DNA of 64,000 nucleotides from Oikopleura dioica. Lineage: Eukaryota; Animalia; Chordata. The stretch spans positions 3,968,001 through 4,032,000 of the forward strand of contig OU015566.1 in assembly GCA_907165135.1 (NCBI GenBank), given 5' to 3'. The translations under genes and the position numbers were made by a program. Positions within the stretch are counted from its first letter, which is position 1, and each line of letters begins with the position of its first letter. Below the pieces are notes generated by a model, which saw only the letters and a list, made by a program, of their open reading frames with translations, was not told the origin of the DNA and made no database searches. Shown here piece by piece: positions 1 through 12,480 of this stretch.

Positions 1-45
1 TTGAGAACCTGACACAGGCTTTCTACACAGGTCGCCGAGCCTAGA
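1..45. mobile_element. Right end of a CTGGGC/CCTGAGTCAGG-family MITE, running in from the previous window
   Basis: CCTGACACAGGCTTTCTACACAGGTCGCCGAGCCTAG matches the right TIR of the complete copies at 6419-6523 and 9600-9844. Confidence 0.7.
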
Positions 46-614
46 AAACACCTTTTGAATTATTACTCATACCTTCACAGGAGCATATCCCCTTAGTACT
101 GTAGTTTTTTTGAAGACGTAAAAATGGAAAAGTTCGAAAAAGCGCGTTAGAGATGTAGAGTTTTTTGATTATTTTAGAAAAGAATCTACTCACGTCAGTT
201 TGCGACCGCAAACACGTGTTAGGAATGTGCTAATGCCAAAGTCGTAGTTAAACCTTTCGAAAGCCTCGATTCAGCGAATTTTGCGCGATATTTTCAGCCG
301 CGGTCGGGAAAAAAAATCGGCCGAGTAAGCAAAGACCAGAACCTGTCATAATTCTAAAATGCGCGATTGCGCGCTTATCATTGAAGGATTCAGGAAAAAC
401 GAGATGGTAAATTGTTCTGTAAAATGATTTACGGTTGACGATGGTGACGGTTGAAAACGGAGATTTCTGTAATTCGAAAATGACGAAAAAATTACGTCGC
501 CCGATTTTCCGGCTTCCGCTGTACTTGAAAATCATTTTTCTCTGAGGAAACCTAAAAAATCGCTCCGCTATGGATCAAATTTAAACAAAAATGCGTGAAA
601 AGAACGATGATATC

Positions 615-1110
615 CGCCGATGTCTTTCAATGTCAATAAAAAGTCTGTATACAAAAAGTAATGTCCATTTTCGTCTTCTGATGTTAATTGATGTCAAACA
701 CTGCCTTAATGTTTCATAATGTCCAATGATGTCCTTTGATGCTCATAGATGTTTGCAGATGTGTGAAGATGTCTTCAGATGTCTTAAGATGTCTTCAGAT
801 GATTTCAGATTTATTCAAATGTCTTCAAATTAATTCAGATGTCTTCAGATGACTTTAGATTTCTTAAAATGTCATCAAATGTCTTCAAATGTTTTCAAAT
901 GTCTTTAAATGTCTTCAAATGTATTCAAATGTCTTCAAATGTCTTCAAATGTCTTCAGATGTCTTATGATGTTATATGAAACTAATTTTTGCCTGTGGAT
1001 CTTTTTTTAATCGAAAATGTCTTGTAATCTCTGCAGATGTCTGTAAGATTCTTAGATGTCTGTTAGTCTTTTTAGATTTAGTTGTAATTGGATTTAATAT
1101 AAGATCTCAG
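615..1110 (+). repeat. 10-bp minisatellite, unit ATGTCTTCA(A/G)
   Basis: Dozens of tandem, imperfect AATGTCTTCA/GATGTCTTCA units, cleanest at about 760-970. Confidence 0.9.
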
Positions 1111-2789
1111 ACAAAATATGATCTAATGAATCCGCGAAAAGGGCATTTTGAAAAAAAGATTATATGATGCCAAATCCTTATTCCGTTTATATAAAAACGT
1201 GATTTCGCGCGTTCTCTGCCTAATCCGACCTTTTCCCCGCTAAATACCGATATCCCCTTCGAGGACTGATTGCGCTACTTATCATCAAAACCGCCACTGT
1301 TGCGTAACCAAGAAAGAAATTCAAGAAAAAAAGGAAAAGCGCGATTATTTTTTCACACTTCTAAATCTCCAAGAAGCTTGTTTTTGCGAAAAAATGAAAC
1401 GAAAACAGGCCAAAGAAGGATTAAGCCATTAATTATTTCGGATAATTGACGGGACAACACTTTTCAATCCAAGTATTTCAGGGGCTCTCTCTCTGTCTTA
1501 GGTTTTTTAAAAAGTTTTTTTAGTCTAAGCAATACCCTTATCGTATACCTTACCCTTATTTATGGCTTACCCTATGTTAAGGTCCCTAACACTTATCTCC
1601 ACCTGTCTTATCTCAAATCAAAGGACATCTCCAAAGAGAAAAAGAGATTCTAGTTCAAGTACTGCTCTTGGCCTTGTCGATGTCTTTTCAAAACAAAAAA
1701 CTTGTAACGAGAAAACTCGCAATTTGCCCCTCAACGGCCTCTTAGAAACTCAATATCAAATCGACTTCCTAACCAGTAGCTGCGCGTTTTCTGGGTTTCG
1801 GAAATTTCGACTCAAAAACGTGGCGGACTCGTTGAACATGTCCGTTTTGAGCGGAAGACGTGGGAGATTTGAATAGATAGATTTTCAAGATTTTCAAGTC
1901 GCCTTCAGCTTATCAGTTTTTCGAGCGTTTGAGTCATCATTTTTTTGCCCGACAAAGACCTTGAAAGATAAACCCAAGCTTTTTCTCTTGTAGCGTTGTA
2001 AGTATTATTCCGGATTTAACCCGCTTTGTTAGGTATAAAACTGCATTAACCCGTTTTAGACCGCACTGTGAGGGACTCCTTATCGAAGATGATAAAGTAA
2101 TCATATGTTTTAAGGTCGAAAATGAGCAGAATTTTCATTGAACTTAAGGGGCTCCCCTTCGGTTTTTCGAAAATTCAGTGAGTCCTGTTAAAAGCAACGT
2201 TTTAATTCTTGGCCACCAAAATCCGCCCGCCAATCTCGCCCCAATTAAAAACGTCTCGCTTCGCGGAAAACGAAAAGGTTCATATCATTTCGTATATAAA
2301 ACATTGGCGGTTTTAAAAAGAGGTACCCGCGCACGGATTTACTGAAAACGTGCCACCAGTTCCACAAAAATGATCCACGGCAAACGTGCTCATTTGGCTC
2401 AAAGTGCTGGGCTCAATCTGCCAAATAGCTGGCTTCGGAGTTTTTTGATTGCGCAAGCAAAAAAATCGAAGCGGCCGAAACGGGCGAAAACTGAATTTTA
2501 ATCACGGTTGACGATGTTAACAGCAGTATTGTGACAATATACCGAAGTTCGCGATAGGCCGCGTATCAGTGTTTTTATTGGTTAATTACAATGTTCACAC
2601 GTGACCACAGTGGCCATGTAGCTGCGCCGACGGACGACAAGGAGAATTTGTAATTCTAGCAGAGCCGCATTATTCCCTGTCACTCCGGTTTTCTAAAGAA
2701 TCCAACTCGTGGAGCGACAACGATTTCGGCTAGAATACGCAGGTCAAGGGTTAACGATGTGGATAATCTCGATTTATTCTTTCCAAAAT

Positions 2790-3075
2790 TTTCAGATGAC
2801 ATCCGATGTCTTGAAATGTCTATTCATGTTTATTCATACCTCTTTGTTTTAAGAAACTAAGGCTGAAATGTCCGCAAATGTTTCAATTTTCCTGTGATTG
2901 CTTCAAATGTCCTCAAATGTCTCGAAATGTCTAATTTTTTTTTACCAACCTAGAATTTTTCAGAAAGCTGGAAATGTTTAGAGATAAGAGATCTCAGATG
3001 ACTGTATTTGTTTCTTGATGAATGACGTATAAATGTAATCGGATGTCTTACGATGTCATCAGATGTGTCCGAAAA
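2790..3075 (+). repeat. Degenerate copy of the ATGTC 10-bp minisatellite
   Basis: Repeated (A/G)ATGTC at about 10-bp spacing; shares AAGATCTCAGA with the array near 1100. Confidence 0.65.
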
Positions 3076-4212
3076 TGTCGATCGTAAGAATTTTTATTTG
3101 AAGAAGAAAAAATTCATTTTCATTTTCATCTAAAAACTTTGAATAAAGAGCAGAAAACAATTTTTTTTTCATTCGAACTTGATAAAAAATTCAAGAGTCA
3201 AATTAAAAATTCGAGCTGGACAAGGCCAAGAGCGCAGATTCACTCTTGCCGCTTCCCATGCCGCTGACTCGATTTGAATAATTTAGAATAATGAAATCCA
3301 CCCGATCCCAAAAAAACGTTTTTCGCCTTGCTTCTTTTTTTATCAACCCCGCGTTTGACATTTTCAAAAGCGACATTTTCAATTTTCACACTTTGAAATA
3401 ATTTCAAAGAAATTTACAAGATTATCAAAATATTCGAAAAAATTAAAAAGGAAAATTCTAATTGCCAATTTCGTCAGCGACGTCCGGTCACTAGAAGTCC
3501 GGCTTAGAGGGTTGAATTATTTTCTGAAGATATAAGACGCGTTTTAATCCCCCGCCGAGCTCGAGTTCCACCAGACGCCCGCTTTTCTGATCTACCGATT
3601 TCGTCAGAATTTCTATTTTTCAAGCTAAATCGACCATTTTAGAATTCATCAACTTGGCAATTTTCTTGGGTTCATTTTTCTCGTCAAATAATAATTCATT
3701 TTTTTTATTTTTTTAAATAATTTTTCTTTTTTTAATTTTAAAAATTTTTTCTTGAAATAATTATTTTTTTTTTTAATTTTTCATTATTAGAAAAAAATAA
3801 TTGCTTTTGAGGAAAAAAAATAAAATTAGAAGTCAAGTCCTTTTTGACGAGTTCAGATTCCCTCGAAAAGAGTTGAAAAAAAGAGCCCGTGTCCCTCTAA
3901 ACAAGCTGTTTCCTCATGTTTGCTCGATCCAAACGTGAGACTGTCGGAATTCTGGATTTTCGTTTTTCAACTCGAAAAACAAGAGTCGGAAGAATGGTGT
4001 TTCCATTTGTTCCGGTCGCGTACCGAGCTGCTGGACAGGCGGCGATGAGATAAGACAAATTGGGCTGGAATTCGACGGCCAAATCGCGCGCCGAATGCCC
4101 AAGATGCGCAACTATGTCATATAATATGAGGTGGAGAGATGCGGCACATTTTCGAAGATAAGGAAGTAGTCATTTAAGAAATTATATTTTCTTAATATTG
4201 TTATTCTTTATC

Positions 4213-4256
4213 CGAGCTTGGCAGCCTTTGTAGAAAACCTGTGTCAAGGTCTCAAT
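4213..4256. mobile_element. Solo left end of the CTGGGC-family MITE
   Basis: GAGCTTGGCAGCCTTTGTAGAAAACCTGTGTCAAGG resembles the left TIR of the complete copies. Confidence 0.55.
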
Positions 4257-4562
4257 GAGGCAAAATGAATTCAAAGAACAATATTTTGAGAACAGCCACG
4301 CTGTTTTCATGCTGTTTTTTGCAAGAAATTGCATAAGAGGAAGTTCGACCGGAGTTCGATAAATTTACGACGTATGATTAATTAGAGGGAGATGAAATTA
4401 CGTGACGCTTTTTTTCCGAAAACTAAAAATATTTGCGTCAGAGTTATTTTCAATTAATTTGTCAATAATGCTTTGAAAACGAAAACGCAATTAGAATGCG
4501 TCTCAAAAGTGCTTGAAAAACAAGCTGACAAATGTAAAGCAAGCTGAAAAAGAAAAAAGTAA

Positions 4563-5393
4563 TTGCGTCAGCTTTTTCTCAAGGAAGAGCTCTTTTCATA
4601 CCGTTCTTTCGCTTCTTTTGAAAGTGCCATTCGGAAACGGATTAGAAACGACCGGGCAAGGGCAAAATACCACCTTGAAAAGGCAAATATTTACGACGAA
4701 TTAGAAATTTCCGCTTTGCAACAATTCCTCTCCCATGTGACCTCAGCGGTCAAACCGCGAAAATTTGTTTTGTCGTTTGTCTTAGCTTTCAGGGTTGGGG
4801 TTCAAGTAAGCCGCGGAGCGATTTCATGTTATACAGTATAAGTTATACTCTTAAGATTTTTTGAAAATTCTTCGTTAAAATGTAGCTCAGTAGAAAAAAA
4901 GCTCTAGTGAAAAAATTATTAATCCGTGATACCCTAAAGTTTTTATTCCTAAATTTGGACTTTGAAAATATCGACGGGAGACCCTTAAAAATCAGGTTCA
5001 AATGGAACTTTTTTCGTATCAGACATTGTCATGATTGTATCAAGATCGTTTTCTCTTGTTCGGTAGAAAAGATACTCTTCTCCCAAAATACTAGTCCAAA
5101 CTCTTGTTGATTCCAATCGCCTCGACTCAGCCTTTTCCAAAACTGGACCACACGAAAAGAAAAACACCCAATATTTTCGCTCCTTCCTTTCTTATCTTCC
5201 TGAGAAAGTTATCTTCCTTCTCACAATTTCTTGCGTGTCGAGGGAGTATTATTTCTTCAAATAATATGTTTGTGCCCGGTTGCTTGCTGGGCAAGGCGTT
5301 TTTTCTTTATTTTGAGAAACAATATCGCGTACCTCACCATTTTTTACGACGGCTATCATATTAACGCACCTGCGCCTAACCCCGACGATCTGT
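4563..5393 (+). CDS. Possible small spliced gene, product unknown
   Basis: Protein-like open stretches (FLKEELFSYRSF... and ...LRNNIAYLTIFYDGYHINAPAPNPDDL*), but I could not build a coherent exon chain. Confidence 0.2.
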
Positions 5394-5522
5394 AACGGGT
5401 ACTCGCCACGTCCTTTTTCTTTTTCTTCTTACCTTTTCTTTTTTCCTTATTTTTGACAAATTTGGTTAATCGAAGATTAATTTATCTTGGGACAAGGGTA
5501 ATATCCGCGGAATTCTTTCCAA

Positions 5523-5886
5523 ATGGACTCGGCAACCTGTGTTTAAAAACCTGAGTCAGGATATGAAAGATTACAAATGAAAAGCCGCGCAGCGGCTTTT
5601 TTTCAAACGAAGCCGCGGAGCGGCTTAACCATAATCTTAATATTGACTCTCAAGGCAGATAAGCGAAGCCGCTTTGCGGCTTTGTTTAATTAATCTCTTA
5701 TGAAAAGCCGCAAAGCGGCTTTTAAAACGAAGCCGCCGAGCGGCTTCGCTCAATTTATTTACGTGTCGATATTTAAATTCTGGCAAAGCCGCTTCGCGGC
5801 TTCGTTTTTAAAAACCGCTACGCGGCTTTTCATCAGAGATTTTTCAGACCCTGAGTCAGGTTTTCAAGAGAGGTTTCTGAGCCCAG
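5523..5886. mobile_element. hAT-like MITE (CTGGGC TIR family) with internal AAGCCGC/GCGGCTT repeats
   Basis: Ends GGACTCGGCAACCTGTG...CTGAGCCCAG, subterminal CCTGAGTCAGG, many AAGCCGC repeats; flanks match 5/8 as a possible TSD. Confidence 0.8.
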
Positions 5887-6418
5887 GTATCTAAGGTTTT
5901 TTCAGAAAGATTTTCTGAGTAAGAAAAAAAGGGCGTCTTTGAATTGCTTATCTTTTTTTGAAATTTGCAAGTGAAAAAGGGAGGTCGATGATTTCGTAAC
6001 AAGCCGCGCGTACGAGACATTCTGAACAAAATACCGCTATCTTAGCATGTGGCTTAGCATCGCTGCTAATATCGCCATAATTCTGGTATGTCCACGTCTT
6101 TCTCCCAGCCTCGGCAAGAAATTTATCTCCGATCGAACATGCGAAAAAGTAGAGCAAAAAGAAAGCAATTTATTATTCCTGAAATCGCTTCTGTCGATAA
6201 AACAAAGGGGGTCAAAAATTGACCATTATTTAGACCCTTCAAGGTTTCAAAATTTGTCTTTTGGAGTATAAAATGGCAGGATCAGCGAAAGCCGACTAAA
6301 ATGATCATTTTTGGAGTCGAGCATGAAGTTGAGTGGGAATATGTTTTCATTTTTTCATGGGGCTTATTACGGTCATCTTTATTGATGTCCTCTACAGAGT
6401 CGTTACTGGCGTCAGTTT

Positions 6419-6523
6419 CTGGGCTCGGCAAGTTGTGTAGAGACCCTGAGTCAGGACCTGAAGACCTGAAATAACAGATTTCAGACCCTGACTCAGGTTT
6501 TCTACACAGGTTGCCGAGACCAG
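6419..6523. mobile_element. 105-bp hAT-like MITE with 8-bp TSD
   Basis: TIR CTGGGCTCGGCAA / TTGCCGAGACCAG; flanking direct repeat GTCAGTTT (6411-6418) / CTCAGTTT (6524-6531). Confidence 0.9.
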
Positions 6524-7739
6524 CTCAGTTTTATGCATCTCCCGTTTATTCTCGTGAAGTAGGAAATAAGCTTAATTTTTGATTCGAAGATCTGCGATTT
6601 TTAGATTTCTCGATGAAGAAGAGAGGATTCAAGAGACCTATGGAAGCTCGTCGAATTCGTCTCGAAAGAAGAGTAAGAAATCCTCCACAGAAACCTCCTC
6701 AGTTACTTCAACAAAACTGTAAATAAAAAAGAGAAAAATTGTCCAATCAAAATTCGATTTTTTCGAAATTTTTTTTCTTAAATCTGATTGGTCTACTGGC
6801 TGAATGGGAAGATTTGATGAGTCAATGATTGAATTTATTCGATTAAAATTGCGTGAAAATCGATTTTATCGCGAAATTGAAAAATTAAGACTGTTCGCGC
6901 TACAGTGACGTACAGCTCAGTACGCGCCGTGGCGGTGGTGGTGCCGGATTCGTCGCCATAATCCGATAGTTATGGTGGCTCATAGAATGTTCCTTCGTGA
7001 AATCGACTTCGCCCTTTTCGCGCCGCCGCTAATCCGCTTCACTCTTCCAAGTGCACAAAAATAACGTACAGATTTTAATCCAATAAGATTCAATTTATTG
7101 ATGAATCCAAAATTATACAGTCAAAATGTTCTATTTCACCATCCGCTCTGGTCTTTTCCGCCATGTTTGAGAAACGTCACTACCGCATAGTTCCTGGATC
7201 TGGCCTTTTGTTTTGGCCCATCCCAATTCGGCGGAAGAAACGACTATTTCCGACGAACATCCTATTTTCTCTCGCAACACGTGATCAGAGCGCTTACCAA
7301 GCGAAAATCCATGTTTTCGTTCCAAAAGAGAATGTCGATGAATCTTTTCGACGTTCTGTATTCAACAATCCTGTCTTGATTATTTTTCGTTGAAGTCCGT
7401 AGCAGCGCGAATTAATTTGCACTCAACGGCTTTTGTTTTAATTAAGAACAAATATTTCTGTCCGCAATTGAAACAGAGCAACGTGTTGATTTTCACAATG
7501 TATATTGAAAATTTATCTCAAAGATGGAAATGAGGCAATTTTTTCGAAAAGTTAATTTAGTGACACCCTTATTTAAAAAAATCATTTAAAAAAATATTTT
7601 CATAATTAATTAATTATTAATTAATTGTTAAAAAATTCAATTATTAAATAAGACTTTTAAATAAATCAAAAATAATTAATTGAAAAAAAATATTATCAGA
7701 TTTATGAAAAAAATTTAAATTTCAATTGTTTTTTATTAA

Positions 7740-8010
7740 GGCCCCCCCCCCGTCAACAATTTTCAAAAATTTATTTTTTGGAATTTCAGAATTTTGACCC
7801 CGGAAATGGATTCTACAGGTCAAGAAACGATTTTGAGGCTTCTTTTTTTGGGGGTCTATCTCGACTTTAACACCCTCAAAATCGCGTTTGAAAATCGGAC
7901 TTTTGCCGAAAAAGTTTTTATGTTAAATTGAATTTTCAGGCACGCTAGGAAGCCAAAATATGGCTTTTTGAAATTTTCCATTTTTCGAGGAAAATTGTTG
8001 ACGGGGGTCC
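7740..8010. mobile_element. MITE with GG(C/A)CCCCCGTCAACAATTTT TIRs (PIF/Harbinger-like ends)
   Basis: Left GGCCCCCCCCCCGTCAACAATTTT and right AAAATTGTTGACGGGGGTCC; internal segment shared with 52791-53720. Confidence 0.75.
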
Positions 8011-9162
8011 ATAATAATTTAAATTATTTATAAAAATGAATAATTTAAATTAATAAATTTAAAAATAAATGAATTATTCAATTAATTAAGTATAATAATA
8101 GGATAAATTAAAAATAAATAAAAAAATTCAAAATTCAAATTTGAATACAGAGAAAATGATCAAAAATCTCTTATCTAGCTAAAAAAATCAGTAAAAGATA
8201 CTCGGCGATGTCGTTTCTGAAGACGTCTTCCCAATCTCTACCGCCAAAAAAGTGAGCCTCAAGTACACGCTTGAAAATTCACCAACAGCGGGGGTGTCTT
8301 GTTCCTCTGACTCTTGTACCTGCCACGGCGCGTGCTACTGATGATGTTGCGTTTTAGCTTTGATTGAGCACTTGAATCGCCGCTGCCACGGAGCTTGTCC
8401 TCTGCGGCGCGATTTTATTTTTTTCATTTTCACAGAGTACCCGCGAGTAATTACGGATTCAAGAGCGGAGGAAGATCCAATCAGCATTTTTTCTTTGATA
8501 GAAGGGTCAAAATTGTTGATTTCTTAAGGAGCCCCAAAACTTTTGAAATTCCGAAATTTGATTTTCGAAAAAAGGGAGGGGGGTCCCTTACGAAATTTAA
8601 AGAAAAAATTGAAAAAATAAACAGAAAAAGGGCTATAAAAAGAAAAAAAAGAAAGAGCATTATTTGAAAAGCCGAATTAAAAGCATGAGCAGTGCTTCTA
8701 ATTTTATTATTTTTGCTGAAGCTCGTGACAAGTTTTGAAATCTTGTTCATTTTCTGGAGCGACAGCATATTCAGTGCGCGACACGTACCTCAACTTCCTT
8801 AGTTTCCTAGCTCTTTTTTGGCTTTTATAGAGTTTTGACGAATCGAAGGTTTACTTATAAAATTTCCAATAAAAGAGGACTTCTCATCCAAAAGTCCTCT
8901 TTTTTGAAGATTTCAGATTTGCTCTGAAGATGAAATATAAAAAGCTTTGGATATAATTAAAGCATGAAAAATGAAAAATTTGCGAAGTTTGGAAAGTTTT
9001 CAATTTTGTCGGAAGAAAGTTAGAAGCGGAAAATCAGGGATGAAATCGACCGTCACCGCCGAACTAACCAGGAATTATACAATCGTGACCTTGGAACATC
9101 GTCTCCAGAGAACAGAATGGTTAATTTAATAAACAAAGAAAAGCTAGAAAATACCGAAAAAA

Positions 9163-9250
9163 ATTCGAAAAAATTTTGCGTGGGCGGTTTCTCGCCTTCT
9201 GATTTGCCTGTTCGCCGAATCAAAGTTTCTGATTGGTCGAAAATTTCCAA
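9163..9250. mobile_element. Partial CCAAT/GC-box MITE (TTTTGCGTGGGCGG family)
   Basis: AAAATTTTGCGTGGGCGG...TTCTGATTGGTCGAAAATTTCC, same as the arms at 20659 and 62915. Confidence 0.7.
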
Positions 9251-9599
9251 GTAATTTCTGATCATTTTTTTGGGAACGAAAACTTGGATCTTTTGAAAAA
9301 CCATTCTTTTTTGTTCTCAATAAACCGGATCAGGCGATTAATTTTCTGCAAGCAAGGACGTGCAGTCTTGAATCAGCTTCGTATCGATTTCGCTAAATCG
9401 GATTTTTCTAAATAAGTTTCTCGGAAGCGCTCTGAACACGTGTGTAAACGTGTGTCTGCAGCTGCGTTCAGTTAGCTTTTTCGGCTGATTTCAACTTTCA
9501 AAAAATCTCTTTTCGACTTTCTAAAATTTAATTTATTACATCATCTTTAATTTGTTAAGGATTCTCGTCAATTTGTTCTCACCATTCATTTAAATCTGT

Positions 9600-9844
9600 A
9601 AGGGCTTGGCAACCTGTGTGAAAAACCTGAGTCAGGGTCCGAAAGAACTGAAATAAAAAGCCGCACAGCCGCTTTTTCGATGACGGAGCCGCGAAGCGGC
9701 TACGCCTATGCTATCATTTAAATCTTTGTAAAATTCTGGCAAAGCTGCTCCGCGGCTTCATTTTTTAAAAAACCCCGGCGCGGCTTTTCAATTCAGCTCT
9801 TTGAGACCCTGACTAAGGTTTTCTACACAGGTTGCCAAGCACAG
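9600..9844. mobile_element. hAT-like MITE (CTGGGC family)
   Basis: GGGCTTGGCAACCTGTGTGAAAAACCTGAGTCAGGG ... CCCTGACTAAGGTTTTCTACACAGGTTGCCAAGCACAG. Confidence 0.85.
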
Positions 9845-10365
9845 TAATCAGACAAATAATCTATTTGTAATAAAAGATATGGCTTTGAAAAAACCGTTTT
9901 TTGGTTTTTATCAGCCAATCAGATGGGAAAATTTTTTTATCCAATCATAGGCGAGCAAACAGCGCCCTCCAATGGACTCTCTTTTTTTTTAAAAAAATTC
10001 TTTAGGAAAAAGAATGAAAAATCAGCGATTTCTTGGGAAATCGGATTTCCTGCTCAGGCTCCTCGCGGTCATTGTTTATTGCCTGACGCTTTTTTATGCG
10101 AGCTCGCTCAGATACTGTTACAGCTCATTTCTGCGCGGCTTTATCTGCTCCATTCTAAAACATAACAGGAATTTAACGGCGATGACGAGGTGTCAGAATT
10201 TTTTTTGAAACTCAATATTCCTAAGAATTGACAAAGGCTCTTTATCGTCATGCTTATTATCATGATTTTAATTGTCCAACAAAACCTTAACGAGCTAATC
10301 AATGACATAAAGGAACTGATGAAAAAAAGATTTGAAAAGAAAAATTTTGTGAAGAAATTTTGTCA

Positions 10366-10545
10366 AAGGCTCAGAAACCTGTGTACGAAACCTGAGTCAG
10401 GATGTAAAAAAGCTTTCAAGAAAAGCCGCACCGCGGCTTTTGAAAACAAAGCCGAAAAACGGCTTCGCCATAGAAAAATTCTCAACTAATTGGAAGTCTT
10501 GGCGAAGCCGCTCCGCGGCTTTACAAGAAAAGCTGCGCGCGCTTT
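10366..10545. mobile_element. Truncated CTGGGC-family MITE
   Basis: Left-end motif GGCTCAGAAACCTGTG..CCTGAGTCAGG followed by AAGCCGC repeats; no right TIR found. Confidence 0.65.
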
Positions 10546-11423
10546 TGATAAATTTTTTCAAAGCCAAATTGGGTCTTTTTGTTGACAATTATGATCAATG
10601 TCTTGTTCAAAAAATACTGTCTTTGTGCTCCAGATCCAGCTGTTTATGCTTTAAACTTGCAATTAAAAATAGCGTGATGCTAAACAAACGAGTTCCCGCG
10701 AAGCGAACACAAGATGTATTCGTTTTTATGCTGATGATTGCGATTTCTCGCGGCTTTTCTTTCTGAAGAGCCGGGCCTTGGCTCTTTACTGCCACCTGAT
10801 TCAACACTGCTTGCATCGACCTTGCTTGTGCTCGGCTCGTGAAAACTCGCAGGGGCAACTCGCGTGCGCCACCGCCTTCGCCACGAAAGCAGCTCTTCGC
10901 TCCTGGTTGCTCTAGCTCGAAACCGACCAGTCCAGCGGGAAAAGAAAAAAGAGAAATAACGAAGCTCTACGCTTTTTTCGGACACGGTCTTTTTTACCGA
11001 AGAGAACTCAGATAAAGCCACCAATTAAAACGACAAGAATTGAAGGAGAAAACAGTCGAAAAAGGTACAGTAAGAAGAAGAATCATTACAGAAGAAAGAT
11101 GTTTATTAGAAAAAGAGGAGACAGAGATGATCATGTGACCATTTTTACGGAAAAATTTTTTCAAATTTTTCAGAATTTTTTTTGATAATAGATTTGAGGT
11201 TAGGGTTATGGAAAAAATGCGAAAATTTAATGCTTTCAAAAAATTTTTTTCTGAAAATTAGGGTTATTTAGGGTAGTCGAGCTTGATTTGCAATTTAAAT
11301 TTGATTTTTTTTAGACTTTGAATATGCATTTATTTTAATTTTTTTTTATTTATTATATGATTGAAAAACATAGAAAAAGTCACTGATATACGGTAGACTT
11401 AGTATGATCAGTTACTAAATTAA

Positions 11424-12020
11424 GGGTGTCATGATTTTATTCGAGAGTTTTTGAGTACAGAAAAGAGATCATTGATGATTCATAGTGCGTATTCTTGAAT
11501 TTCATGATAAGCTTTTTTCTGTGACTTAATTTTCTATTTCATATTTGTCCATTTTTTGTCGATTTATAATCTTGCTTTAAAAAAACTCTTCCGGAAATAC
11601 ACGTGTTGTCAGTCCAAACCCGCCGCCCGTCGTGCAGTTTGTTGACGGTTAAGCTGGCAACCTTCTAATCAGAAATCCAATGCACCTCGCCATTGCCTCA
11701 CAACAAACCCACGACTACCTTAAATTTGCATGGGCCCCCTTAAGAATTTATTTTTGTCGGCAACACGCGTTTTTACACTGTTATATAAGCTGCTACAAGC
11801 ACCAAATAAACACACCATTTTTTAGCAACGTCATACCTTCGCATTTCGCTTACGAAATAAAATCGTTTAACGCGATGACTCCCTTAAAATCAACTTCAAT
11901 ATCACTTCCAGTATTGAAAAAACTATTTTTATTAATAGTATCTTTTTGATAGCTTTATGTCAAATTGATAATGATTTCTTTTTAGATAAGGCATCTTTCC
12001 TTGATTTCACTGTGATACCC
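11424..12020. mobile_element. TTAA-flanked non-autonomous element with GGGTGTCA/TGATACCC ends (Kolobok-like)
   Basis: TTAA|GGGTGTCA at 11420-11431 and TGTGATACCC|TTAA at 12011-12024. Confidence 0.5.
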
Positions 12021-12024
12021 TTAA

Positions 12025-12480
12025 CGCCGGAACGCATAAAATTTTTTCAAGTTTGAACGCAGATCGTACCAATTAATTGGTATGCCCCTTTTACCACTTT
12101 TTAACAATGAAACTATTAAGTTAACTGTATAAATGATACAGATAAATAATTCTCAGACGCTTAGCTTCAATTTCATCCCCATATTATACCGATATCATAA
12201 CATGAATATGAGTAAATATGCATATTTCTAAATGTGTCGATTTTCATGTCACTAAAGAAATAACCTTTCAAAATGAAAAAAGTACCTGAGTTCAAAACTT
12301 CGTTCAATAGCTAAAATCTAAAATTTTCGAAGAAAATTTTTTTTGACACCGGAATCGAATACCTCGATAAAAAGTAGCTCCATAAGTGGGGGTTCATATA
12401 TTTCTAATGTTAAGTTAAAGTTGAGTTATGAGGCATTAAAGGGGCTTGTACCAATTAATTGGTCGCTCTGCGTTTCGGCG
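12025..12480. mobile_element. TTAA-flanked MITE
   Basis: TTAA|CGCCGGAACGCA ... TGCGTTTCGGCG|TTAA, with inner inverted GTACCAATTAATTGGT..GCCCCTTT arms. Confidence 0.8.

Noticed and set aside
615-1110. p53-type decamer array
   Set aside because: Units lack the C of the RRRCWWGYYY core.
10607-11024. GC-richer minus-strand ORFs; also 3897-4111, 6600-7400 and 8200-8420
   Set aside because: No recognisable domain, and several frames are equally plausible, so no gene model can be supported.
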